DNA of 33,114 nucleotides from Basidiobolus ranarum (Eukaryota): NCBI GenBank assembly GCA_040143965.1, contig JASJQH010000078.1, positions 1 to 33,114 of the forward strand, read 5' to 3'. Shown piece by piece: positions 13,005 to 25,792 of this stretch (position 1 is its first letter; each line of letters starts with the position of its first letter). The notes under the pieces were generated by a model. It saw only the letters and a program-made list of their open reading frames with translations, ran no database searches and was not told where the DNA came from. The position numbers and the translations under genes were made by a program.

Positions 13005-13142
13005 GGTTTACAATAAGAACTCTCCAACGTTAGTATTGAACTGTGAGGGCGGATTGGTAAACCCAGATTAAAGTTGTTGAGTAAAATTTTCTGTCAGCTA
13101 CGAAGAGATTTGCGTAGCTGGCGAGGAGCTCAACATACACAT
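13005..13142 (+). ncRNA. Box H/ACA snoRNA/scaRNA domain
   Basis: Hairpin 1: GGTTTAC(13005-11)/GTAAACC(13057-63) with upper stem CTCTC/GAGGG. H box AGATTA at 13065-70. Hairpin 2: TGTTGAGT/GCTCAACA plus a 10-bp upper stem GTCAGCTACG/CGTAGCTGGC. ACA at 13137-39. The pocket tops lie 15 and 14 nt from the H and ACA boxes, which is the canonical spacing. Confidence 0.8.
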
Positions 13143-13601
13143 ATATTTAACTTGGGAATATACTGGACTCATAAAGTGAATAGAGACGAGAGCTATTATG
13201 GTCGCGTGGATATGAGAACTTTCCTTAGACTGATAGAGACTTTATTTCCATGATACAAAGCCACCGTACTAACATAATTTAAACTACTTCTAGATGTTGC
13301 TCAAGTTGTAGGTTGACGTATTTACCATTTATTGAATGCTTGCAAGTGTAATATAGTATTGTTTCCAAGGATAGTTTCTAAATAAAAAGACTATTTCGAG
13401 TATATAACATTTTGAATAATGAGGCTTATATTATTGAAATGAAAGTGTATAAAATTTAAGAATAAATGTAAAGATATATGTATACATTACAGAAAATGTT
13501 AATACGTAATAGAGTATATGAATACAAGTAGTGTGGTTAGGGCCTTGACAGTTATAGTTAGTCATTTTGTCTAAAGAGCGGTTGTAAAGAGTAGAATATT
13601 T

Positions 13602-14042
13602 TTACTCAGGATTCCAAAGGTTTTCATTGATTACGAGCTCCTTTGACGCATTTGAACTAACTGAACTTCTTCTGGTTGGTAAAATAATTCCCAAAGTAGC
13701 AATAGCTTCAGCTAGACTTTTATCATAATCAGCCTTAACTTTAATGGCGTCAAACTGATCGTTCTCTTTATCCAACTCACTGAAGCTTTGTTTACGTGGC
13801 TTTTTCTGAGGGCCTAGGCCAGTAATGAGAGGAGTAGAAGCTCCTAATTTCTTAGGTTTCTTCCAACCTAACTCAGTATCATCAAAGTTACACTTGTAAT
13901 TAAAAAAGTCTTGTCCGAAACTTTTGGTTTTCTTGGGAGCATGGATTACGTCAATTTCACTATCGCTACATACTTCAGAAGAGAATTCTTCAGTTGCCCA
14001 AGAGATCCGATAGTTTGCGAAATCTAGGCCTGGATTGGACAT
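13602..14042 (-). CDS. Hypothetical 146-aa charged/disordered protein
   Basis: Open frame from ATG 14042 (MSNPGLDFANYRISWATEEF...) to TAA 13602. A polypyrimidine/CTAG acceptor just upstream suggests a 5' UTR intron. No family recognised. Confidence 0.65.
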   Translation of the reverse strand: MSNPGLDFANYRISWATEEFSSEVCSDSEIDVIHAPKKTKSFGQDFFNYKCNFDDTELGWKKPKKLGASTPLITGLGPQKKPRKQSFSELDKENDQFDAIKVKADYDKSLAEAIATLGIILPTRRSSVSSNASKELVINENLWNPE

Positions 14043-14393
14043 ACTGGCCAAAGCCTAACTAGAGGATAAAAGTAAACAGCAGACTTTATTTGTACGTTGA
14101 TGAGAAGGTATTACAATCAAATAAGACTAAATAGTGAAACAATCTTTTCTATTAGAACAATCAGTTTGATTGGTTTTGAGCTACTCAAATATATTCATCA
14201 TTCAGTATCATTCGTCGACCCTGAAATTCTATGAAGAACATAAGTCTAGGGATAATCCTTTTACCTCAAGAACGTACTTTTCAAGATCAAAACGAAATGT
14301 GTCACATGATAATCCTACTGGACTGGGGTGTTACAGGATCGCCCATAAAGTTCAGTATCCTATGTGTGCTACTCAATCAGAATCATTGCCATT

Positions 14394-15068
14394 ATGAAGC
14401 AAGTCCAAGTTGGTTGCGCTGGAATAATCTTCCGGCCTGATGGAAAGTTCTTAATAGGAAAGCGTAAAGGCAGCCAAGGAGAGGGTACAGTTAGGCTTAT
14501 GTATGTCCTCTAAACGGCTATTAATTTATTCAACTTTGTAGGAACATGGGCCTTGCCCGGAGGTACTTTACATCACTTGCTAATTCCTCATTCAGCCTTA
14601 TAAACATTCATGTCCCATAGGTCACTTGGAATTCGGCGAGTCCTTTGAAGCCTGTGTTTCTCGTAAGTCATATACACTTTTCTTGAATTCGGGTCATAAT
14701 AGAGCAAATCTTTTAACACAGTCTACTTCTCAAGGTGAAACTGAGGAAGAAACCGGTCTTGTCATTCCAGCATCCAATTTCAAATACTTTTATGCCGTCA
14801 ACGCACCCATGCCAGCAGACAACAAACATTATGTAACTGTATTTCTGAGAGCAGATTTGCAAGAGACCGAACCGAAAGCCATGGTGAGTTATTTTTTAAC
14901 CCTCATTACTGCTGCTCACTAACTGACTTACTAAAGCTTATGGAACCCAACAAATGTGAGGGTTGGGCGTGGGTTTCTCTGAAGGATTTAGAAGAACCTA
15001 ATACACCTTACTCGCCACTGTATTTTCCCTTTGCCGATCTAATTGAGAGAAATAAGGAGCAATTTTAG
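14394..15068 (+). CDS. Nudix hydrolase, NUDT15/MTH2-like, 5 exons
   Basis: Spliced product [60 protein letters not shown]...KHYVTVF...MEPNKCEGWAWVS...LYFPL. It carries the Nudix box and the NUDT15-type HYVT and EPxKCEGW motifs. Confidence 0.93.
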
Positions 15069-15333
15069 ACTAGCAAATGCAACACCTCAAAAATAAAGAA
15101 TCTCAGCTCAGTATTTCACCGCCACACACAGCCATTGATCACATCCACCAATGGCAACTCTAAACTTTAATGCTAGCATATAATATCACTTTTGTATGTT
15201 TTGATTACATAAAGCACACATATGAGCCAATCATTTTGGGCTGTATTATCCTCAGTTAAGGGACGGTCAAAATGAGAAACCCGTTTAATTTAGGCCAGTT
15301 TGGGTCTGTAGAGGCAAAAATTATATTCAGACG

Positions 15334-15341
15334 TGACGTCA
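15334..15341. promoter_or_regulatory. CRE/ATF palindrome TGACGTCA upstream of CTI6
   Basis: Perfect 8-bp ATF/CREB consensus about 370 nt upstream of the ATG. Single site. Confidence 0.3.
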
Positions 15342-15703
15342 AAATTCTTGTCATTGGATACGATCATTTGTAAATGTCTTTTGGTCACTGAATATCACTT
15401 GGAAGCAGGTGGAGTAAGAGTTCACCTAAGTAGTAATTATTTGGGTTTCTTGGTTATTTACTGGACGTTAATTTTTCACCATGATTTTTTTTCCAAAGTC
15501 GATTCATTTATAATCTACAGTTGCAGTTAGCTTGACATATTTTTTTGACCAAGAGACAACCGTTCTTGTCTTCGCAAAACTCGACACCAAACAAAGCAAT
15601 TTGAGCTTGCTCTCAATTGAAAATTATACTTTACATCACAGTACCAATTTGCATAGTGGCCTACTGGGTCTAACTAATTCAACCCACCTTCAGTTAAATA
15701 TTC

Positions 15704-17189
15704 ATGAGTATGTACTCTTTAAAGAGCCGGCACCCTTGCAAGTGTTTTCTGTCTTTACTAAACAGGTTCTTGACTTAGTAGGAAAAACTTCAAGCTCAGC
15801 TAGTCGAAGAGGAAATCGTGGGGGTAGTAAGCGTAGCAAGTCGGAAGAGGAGACACGCTGTGTTTGTGGCCAACAACGTAAGCTTTAGTATTCTATTCCA
15901 GATGTTCTAATATCATTCACTTTTACTCATCAATAGCCTTAGATCATGAAGGACTGATGATTCAGTGCGAGTTATGTAAAGTGTGGCAACACTGTGCCTG
16001 CGTTGACATACTAGACGAGAAAGATTGCCCAGAGCAATACTTTTGCGAGCAATGCATGCCTGAAAACCATCCATACCTGCAGTATTATAAAAGTAACATT
16101 AAAGCAAAGTATGTTTGCATTCTAGCGTTTTTAAAGTGAAGTGTATGTTCTAACCATCTCACTTTTGAAGTAGTTCACTAAAGCCCAGAAAGTATATAGT
16201 AGAGGGTGGAAGCGGTGCCCAGTCCGACGGTAAATCTTCTGATGAGAGTAAAAAAAAGAAACGAGTGGACCAAATTGGTGACTTCGAGGTTGAAAATGTT
16301 TCTGATTTTTCTGACCATGACCCTATCGGAGATTCTAAAAAGGAGAATCGTTCGAAACGAACAAAAAATTCTCGAAACCGCTCTCTCAGTCCCATTTCCT
16401 CTGGTAGGAAAGCTAAGGATTCCGAAAGTGATGAAGAGTATCTTAGCCGCGGAGAGCGTAAGAAGAAAAAAGCCAACCCTATTATCAAGCCTGAAGACCA
16501 CGAGTCCCCACACTTAGGTTCCAAAAACAAAAAACGAGACTCAAAGAACAGTGACCCAGGAGATGATGAACCTTTTAGCAAAGGACAAGAAGAAAGTCAC
16601 ACCCGTAAATTGAATAAAAGGGATGGAAAAGGTATTCAGTTTGTGTTACATATACATGGCCATCTCCCCTATACTAATAATGGAATGTTTGACTTTCAAG
16701 AAAATGAGAAAGAACATAGTAGTAGTCACGAATCAGAGATTCCTCCAAAACTCAGTACCTCTAATGAAGATGCCCATACAAATGCAAGGCGTAAGAAACC
16801 TAGAAAGGCTTCACCAGATCATGCGAGAAGTTCGTCTCGTTCGAAAGATGGTGCAGGATACACACCCGACAATAGACGTAACTATACATTGTGGTATTGC
16901 CTATTATTTTTGAAGTTGTCCTTACATAGTCACCCTATTAGGTTCACCTCCAGTGCGCATAAAAAATGTCAGCAATCGTATGTCTTTTCATGATATGAAC
17001 AGGCGTACAAAGCATATTTTTGATTGCATAACTCGTATTCAGGTCTCTATGGCTGAGAAAGAGAAAGAGGAGGGCCCGGTTGTTTCCGCCGTCAATGGCA
17101 ATAGAGATGAGACGACAACCATGGAGATGGTCGAAGGGCTCACTAGAAAATTAGTTCAATTTCAGGAGCTATATGGTGACATGCGCTAA
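15704..17189 (+). CDS. CTI6: PHD-finger Rpd3L histone deacetylase complex subunit, Cti6-like
   Basis: The first coding exon is ATGA (15704-07), followed by an intron to 15778. PHD finger [29 protein letters not shown]...[11 protein letters not shown]. The C-terminal [26 protein letters not shown]...[13 protein letters not shown] resembles the Cti6 C-terminal helices. Confidence 0.82.
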
Positions 17190-18262
17190 GATTGTATTTC
17201 CATTATCCTAGCGATCTCTCAGCAGAGTTGTATAATAGAAATGAGTCGTGACACATAGGTATGCTTCTATTCCGAAGACTGTCAATCACACGAAGAGACG
17301 CCGCTGTAAAGATATCTTGTTTCTTCGCTTTTTCGGCTTGCTTTTAGTTAGTTTTTGGTCTTGATCTTCTGTTTGTGCAAGCCCGTTGCTTGATAAATTG
17401 GTACTTCTGGAAATCAAAAAGTGTGTACATATACCTTCCCTAATTCTGCATTTTTTGTTACCGCACCGCTATTTGGCTTCAGTAATTTCCCACCCGTTCA
17501 ATAAATTGACAGTTCCACAAGCTTCTTAAAGACAAACCAAAGATTGGTTTGAAATCGAGTAGACGTGTAATCCAGTCAGCCACCATGCAACTTAAACCAG
17601 AATTAATAATGAAAGAGGGCACCAACCAATCTATGGGTGTATATATATATCGCGCTCAGCTTGATTTGATCATAGAATTGTTTGAAGAGGTAAAGGATCT
17701 CTCTTTGCAGTTTGGAGGATCTTATTGCTTCTACTGGGGTGCAAGTCAGGGGATGATTTCTTCTAGCCAATGATCTTCAACTGAACGAACAATATAGTAA
17801 GATGTCTGCTTAGATGGCTACCAATAGTTGCATATATTTAGTTGCTGTTGAAAGTGACAACTGGAGGATTTAACTACAAAACAAGGATATATATATATAC
17901 AGTTAGTCAAGATGAGCCATCAGATAACTGATTATATATATTTCAATCAGGGAGTAAACCACAGCAAAACCCAAATTGGTCACTTTGAGTCCAACGTGAT
18001 CAAGAAAATGTTTGTCTCAAGAACATATTGGGATGCGGATGTGAATATTTATGGGATACTTGGGGTTTATGCACATTCTCAGCTGATCTTATTATTTATA
18101 TAAATGGCCTTCGTGGTCACTTTCCTAATAAACCATTGATTAGAGCCGATTTGCTTCGAATATAGTAGTCTCTAGTGAGGGTCTTATTTTCGCACGGAGC
18201 TTTTTTATCAGTTGTTATTCTTCCACCTTTACCGTAAGAGTGTTCGTCATCACAAAGCGACA

Positions 18263-19876
<1,614 letters not shown>

Positions 19877-20049
19877 ATTTCATTAATTACGAAGCACTGG
19901 ATGACTTCTTTCAAATGTAGATAATATCATTACTGTAACCAAAACATATATATCGTAGCATTACGTAACATGTAGTATTATTTACTGATGATAAATTAAA
20001 CAAGTTTTCAGAGACTCTCTATGTTCAGTAGTAAGTATATCAAAGTGAC

Positions 20050-22903
20050 CTATTCTATCCATGACCTAGAGTATCTTAGGCTCTCAGATGGCGTGGATAC
20101 AATAGATTCGGGTATACGCAGACTTTCATCAGTCATAGCAGACAGATGTTTCCTTGATTCTCGTTTACTAGCTTCCAACATTTTTTTATCATGCTTCCAC
20201 GATATGTAGTTGTAGATTTGGGATACTATCGCGTAAACCACTCCTATACAGTTTGAGAGTACTGCCAGAAATGGGATAATCTTAAAGAAGCCATTGAAGC
20301 TTTTGTAGATTACCTAAATGATGGCAAGAGAGGTGGTAAGAAACAGGGTAGAAAAGAGGGCAAGGGAGGTGGTAAGAAACAGAGTAGAAAAGATGGCAAA
20401 AAAACAGTGAAGGTACCTGAATCACCAACTGTGGTATATCTTCAATCAAGATCCCTATTCCCACACATATCATTATCTGGTATCTCACTCGTGATGAGAA
20501 AGGTGCGCTTAGGCTGTTCAAGCTACAGAATCTGGATGATAGAATAAATAGCAAAGCTGGATTGGTAGCAGCCAGGACAGAGATGGCTGAGGTCAACAAA
20601 GTATGTTTAGAGAACCATTCATGGAATAGTGGATTGTTGGATACTTCTTTGACGATGATGTAGGTAGAAGCAAGCATATTAAAGCAAAACGGAACGACAA
20701 AAAAGATCACTGAGGGGGCGCGTAGTGAACGTATATCACCGCTGTTTAGAATCACAAAGAGTAGATCAGTGCAAAAATCAAAGAAAGATATTACAACCAC
20801 AAACATGATAGCATTATCACTGGATGGGAACTTTCTTTGTAGGACTGCGAATATGATCCCCAAGGCCAATACTACACAACCTAGTATAATGAATTTATCT
20901 CGGTTGGCTTGGAATAGATCGGTTTCAACTACTACCCCGAAGTCACTGTTTAAAGTTTGCGTGTAAAATCCTTTCGATAGGGGACTCCGAGCTTTTGTCT
21001 TTAGCATATCTTGGAAATTGTCCACGATACTTAGGGCAGTACGGTTTTGGGAGTCCGATACTTTCTTAATGGTGATTTGATATATATCACCACTGACATC
21101 CCTTCGGAGATATGATGTGTTGATCCGCTCAGCCTCTATTGGTAAGGCATCAACAAGCTCACTAGTCAAATTGGTTGCAATTTGGTTATTTTCCACATTT
21201 CCACTCGTGATCAATGCTATTTGTACCGTAATATCATCTTTCTCGTCCTTGGACAGCTCTTGACGTGGAGTGAAGAAGTACCATTGGTATGGAGATAGAC
21301 CTTCTAAAGGTTCCCAAATTGCGCTTTGAAAAGTCCCACCATCCACTTTTACATAATATTCCAATCCAGGCAGATTCAGGGCATAGCTATCTAGAGTGAA
21401 GTTGAAAGTATCTCCTATGACTGGTGTATCAGAGGAGACTGGAAATGTCTGACGAGGGCAGTCTGGTCTACTGGCTTCATAGATGGATATATTTCCTTGG
21501 AGTATGGTGTAATTGGACTGAATAAACTGCAAAGAGAACTGCAGAGATGTACCTATTTGAACTTGTGAACCTTGTTCTGGGTAGGCTGACTTGATAATAG
21601 GGTTATCTCCATATACTGATTTATCGAGGAACCTTGGTGGATTATCGAGGCGAAGTCCATAGTTAGAGGCTACGTAAAGCCTACTGGTATCGGTTGTGTT
21701 ATCTGGCATCAGTGATAATACCGAATTGTTGGCTAAAACACCTATACCAACTAAACCAACTGTATTGTTTTCAAATGGATGGTTTTCCCAAAAACGATTG
21801 TAAAGCTGAATATAGCGAGGGATGCCACTCCTACTCTGTATTAGAGTGTTAGAGATGAGTAGTGCTCCTCCGTAAGGTAACGCGACGGCTCTAACAATAC
21901 CAATTCCTTTTGAAGCATCAGTGGTAAAATTCCCTAGAAGTGTAGGTAAATCAAACTGGGACCCAGTGGAAGAGAACACTGTGCTATAGGTTTGACGGCT
22001 GATGGTCAGGTTAGTCATGTTACCAACTGGCATAATTACATGATCGTAAATACAGACATGGCCATCTCCAGCCTTAAGCAGATTACATTTATTAATCATC
22101 AGGAAATCCGTTGTATTAGTGGCTTTAGTTCTTTCTGCAGTAGCAATGATGAAGCCTCGAGAAACCTCAACTCCATCTGGACTAGAGAAATAGTTTGCTC
22201 TCAATACGTTATCCCCTGATGCTGATTTGGACGCCCAATTTACCATGAAATAACGGTTTGGAGATGGGACTACCGAGACTGTGGGCTGAAATGGAACGCT
22301 CATGTTGTAAATGTTTCGAGCTATCGGGATTACTTGAGAGACAACATTACCAAGTAGATCAAAGAAGATAATACTAACGTAAGGCCTATATTTGTCGGAT
22401 ACACCTATTCCAGCTAAAAGGATGTAAGTAGTTCCTCTAGCGGCAGAGAAGAGTTCAAAGCTGCCGGGCAGTAGTGTAGATTCACCGAGTTTTGTCATGC
22501 CCTTATCATAACGGTCCATCATGACCCCGTGCTTTTTCTTCACCAAAGGTATGTAAAAGTGAATGAAACCGCCGTTCGAAGTGGGTATGAACATATTATC
22601 TTCGGGGGAGAGAGTTTTGGTCAGATTTCCGTTTTCATTGATCTTGTTGCCGTTAGTATCATACATTACTAATAGACTTGGCAGTAATATTTGGTTCGTT
22701 CTGTTGACCAAATTGGCATCTGGTGTCAGGTTTATAGTATTGAAAGCTGACTCGTTGACGAATCTTGAGAAATACCAAAGTATTCTATCTTGGGAAAGGA
22801 TGGTTGCTTCATATTTCGAAACTAGGAATTCTTGTGAGGTGACAAACGATATGAATATCAGAAATAGGCACCAATTGTGTAACAGAATGCCGAACAGTCG
22901 CAT
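20050..22903 (-). CDS. Large membrane protein: signal peptide, ~650-aa ectodomain with an Ig-like module, and a C-terminal multi-TM region
   Basis: Exon 22903-20417, intron 20416-20314 (GTACCT...TTTAG), exon 20313-20050. Many N-x-S/T sites, a beta-rich segment (IIKSAYPEQGSQV...YYVKVDGGTF...WYFFT), several hydrophobic helices and an EDIPQLVIQV motif. Confidence 0.85.
20320..20399. repeat. 36-bp tandem repeat (2.2 copies) inside an intron
   Basis: gatggcaagagaggtggtaagaaacagggtagaaaa / gagggcaagggaggtggtaagaaacagagtagaaaa / gatggcaa. Confidence 0.9.
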
Positions 22904-23127
22904 GACAATAATATGTACACAATGAAGGTGAAAGCAAAAGAGCGGTTTTTCTTCAATAATACTGACATGCCACTGCTATTAGTAGTCTAAAGGCTAATGT
23001 TAGGCTATTCATATTGCTTACTGAAATTGTCGATGCTACTCAGCCTAATAAAAGTGGTGAGCCCACAACTATTTCCTTTTTAAGAAATTGGATTTATTTT
23101 CTATATTTTACAGGGAACGATGATTTC

Positions 23128-24434
23128 TCAAGCTAATTCGGATATTACCTCTGGGAAACCATTTGAGCTAGGCTGGGTCGCCTTTTCATGGAAGGTACGT
23201 AAAAGGGCATCCACATTCTCGATACCTTGTGGTCGGATATCCGCAAGTGCTTTGATTTGTGCAGTAACATGTTTGACTTGTTCGTCACTGAGGTCCAATC
23301 CTAATTGTTGAACTCTGTTCTTGACGGCATTCCATCCGGTAAGGCGATGTCCAATAGACACGTAGCGAGTCATACCAAAATCTTCGGGTCTTAATATCTC
23401 ATAGGTACTGGGATTATTGAGGATAGCTTTGGCGTGAATTCCTGCCTTGTGAGTGAAAGCGCAATAGCCGGTGATGTAGTTGTTGAAAGGCACTTGAATG
23501 TCTACTGCGTCAGCTACCAAATTCTCAAGATCACGGAGCATATGAAGCTTATATTTTCCCATGACGTACTCCTTGTTAGCTACGTACATACGAGCACAAA
23601 GTCCACCAAGAGAGGTGATACCGTTACGCTCACCGATACCGAGGACCGAGGTATCAATATGAGTAGCACCAGCTTCAAGGGCTGAATAGGCATTGGCAAT
23701 AGCACAGCCGGTATCATCATGGAAATGGCATTCAATATCACAGGAAACGACTCCACGTAATGTCCTCACTAATTCGTAAACTTGACGAGGATTAGCACAA
23801 CCAACAGTATCAGCAATACCGACACGGTTCACTCCCAGCTTGTCGACTGTTCTATATATATTCAACAGATCGACCAAATCACTACGAAATGAATCTTCAC
23901 TGGAGAATCTAACTTCCAGTCCAGTTGACTTGATATAGTTCACTACCTCAATGGCTTGTTGGGTAATGTAGTCCATATTTTTACCGTGGGAAAACTTGCG
24001 AAGGAAAGAAGAGGTTCCGATGACAACATCGAGACCATCTACTCCGGTGTCAACAGCGAGTCTAGCATCGTCCATGTGGCAACGGACGTGGGTAAGGATT
24101 TTAGCCTTCAATCCTAGTTGACAGATAGTCATACAATCATTTCTTGATTGTTCAGAGGCAGCAGGTGAGGTTAATTCGATGTACTCAACGCCAAATTCAT
24201 CTAAGGCCTTGGCAATCTCAACCTTCTTCTGAGTATCAAAGAAAGCGTTGGCAAATTGTTCACCCTCTGGATTAAATTGAACGAAGGATTAGAGGAATGA
24301 TCAACAGATATACAAGCAACAAGAATATACACACCTCGTAACGTAGACTCAATCACAGCAAAGTTATTCACTCTGCTTAATAGGTCGGAACAGTTCCCAG
24401 CATAAGGGTTGGAATTATCGGCGGAGTTAAGCAT
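23128..24434 (-). CDS. LYS20: Homocitrate synthase (alpha-aminoadipate lysine pathway), 2 exons
   Basis: Intron 24334-24267. Motifs [63 protein letters not shown] and [12 protein letters not shown]. Confidence 0.97.
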
Positions 24435-24679
24435 GGATATATGTGTGTAAGTGGGTTAGCAGGTAATACAGCTCTTCGATTTCTTCAAATCAGGACAATT
24501 GGTGTGGAAACAAGTGATGTTTGACGATGGGGAGGTTGTGAGGTATTTAAAGGGTTTGGACATCAACCGAATTACTCCCAAATTTCCGAAGTATAGTGCG
24601 ACACACAGAATCAAGTTCTGTGGTGTGCAAAAGCAAATCTTACATTCGATCACCATACACTAGAATCTATGCATCTTAA

Positions 24680-24697
24680 TGACTCGATTCTGACTCA
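24680..24697. promoter_or_regulatory. Tandem Gcn4/CpcA response elements upstream of LYS20
   Basis: TGACTC at 24680-85 and a perfect TGACTCA at 24691-97, about 250 nt upstream of the ATG. Amino-acid biosynthesis genes are canonical Gcn4/CpcA targets. Confidence 0.65.
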
Positions 24698-24747
24698 TCT
24701 TCCAAAGTGTTTACCATTTGTTTTGACCTCGCAAAATAGATTTATAT

Positions 24748-24897
24748 ACATTGATCTTGCAATCTATTATATATTACACTATTGTACATTAATCTTGGAA
24801 ACTTCCTCGTAAACTAGACTTGTATACATTAATCTTGCAATCTTAATATTCCACATTAGTCTTGCAATCTTATATTATTATATTCCACATTAGTCTT
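24748..24897. repeat. Five imperfect direct repeats ACATT(A/G)(A/G)TCTTGCAATCT with variable AT-rich spacers
   Basis: Copies start at 24748, 24786, 24826, 24853 and 24887. Confidence 0.8.
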
Positions 24898-25792
24898 TAA
24901 CCATGTTGGAAGTACTTAGGGTTAGGTGCTAAACTTACCACCTGGCCAAATTGGTCTGTACCCCAGAGTTATATCCACTGCAACCACTTTAAGCACTAAA
25001 ACCACTCATACCTTGTCACGATGTGTGATCAATGAGCAGTACTTACTAAATGGATTCAGATCTGATGCTACCTGATTACCCTTATTCCATGCTTACACGA
25101 ATCTAGATTCAATAGATGCCTTGACCAGTAGCAATAATAATAGCCTGTAAACCAGGGACAAGAACAAGGGCACTTTAACTTTGGCCACAAACCACCACCC
25201 CTTCAGCGAAGAATATATTCTTGGATTTCTTTCTCAATTGATGTGAAACTTATTCTATTAAAAGAAATGGGAGTACAAGTCGCAAGAAATAGTAATTAGT
25301 AGCTAACAATAAATCCGTGGTGGTAAGATGTCTAATAATCATCACTAAATGGGTTGTGAGAAGAAAGGGAACTCAGGGCTCAAGTGGATAAATAAATGTA
25401 AAGTTAGATCTCCATTTGGTAGTGGATGTGGTATGTGAAGTATCAACAAGAGAATAAGATACAATTCGACTGATTCAGAAAGGCAAAATGCTCTGATTAT
25501 TATTTCGTTGCAAGAAAAGAAAAGAGATAAAAATGATGTCGGCTAGGAGAGTAACTGTGTAGATGGGAGGGGGCGAGAAACAAAGCGAGCGGGTTTAAAA
25601 TGCGAGAATAGCTCGAACTAAACGTTGGGTGTCTATACGGAAGAATACCATTGCAATGAGGAAACTCGAAAAAACAATGTTGTACATGGTTGTTTACAGT
25701 GAAAAGTAATAAAGTGTGTGAGGAAGCCACCTCGTGATATTCGAGAGAGGGATATTGCTGTGGATAATTGTAAACGGATTTATCCTGGGATT

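Noticed and set aside
13005-13142. snR30/U17 identity for the long H/ACA RNA
   Set aside because: The conserved m1 (AUAUUCCUA) and m2 (AAACCAU) motifs are absent from the 3' hairpin.
13212-13233. U14-like domain B (TTTCCTTAGA-CTGA)
   Set aside because: The spacing to box D does not match U14 and no domain A is present upstream. Kept only as a possible D box of a composite RNA.
24748-24897. CRISPR-like repeat/spacer appearance
   Set aside because: Eukaryotic context, degenerate repeats, irregular low-complexity spacers and no cas genes.
24916-24926. TTAGGGTTAGG (CCTAACCCTAA on the minus strand), an 11-nt telomerase-template-like motif
   Set aside because: The downstream minus-strand sequence is an unstructured AT-rich repeat array with no pseudoknot. 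More likely a Tbf1-type site or chance, though not formally excluded.
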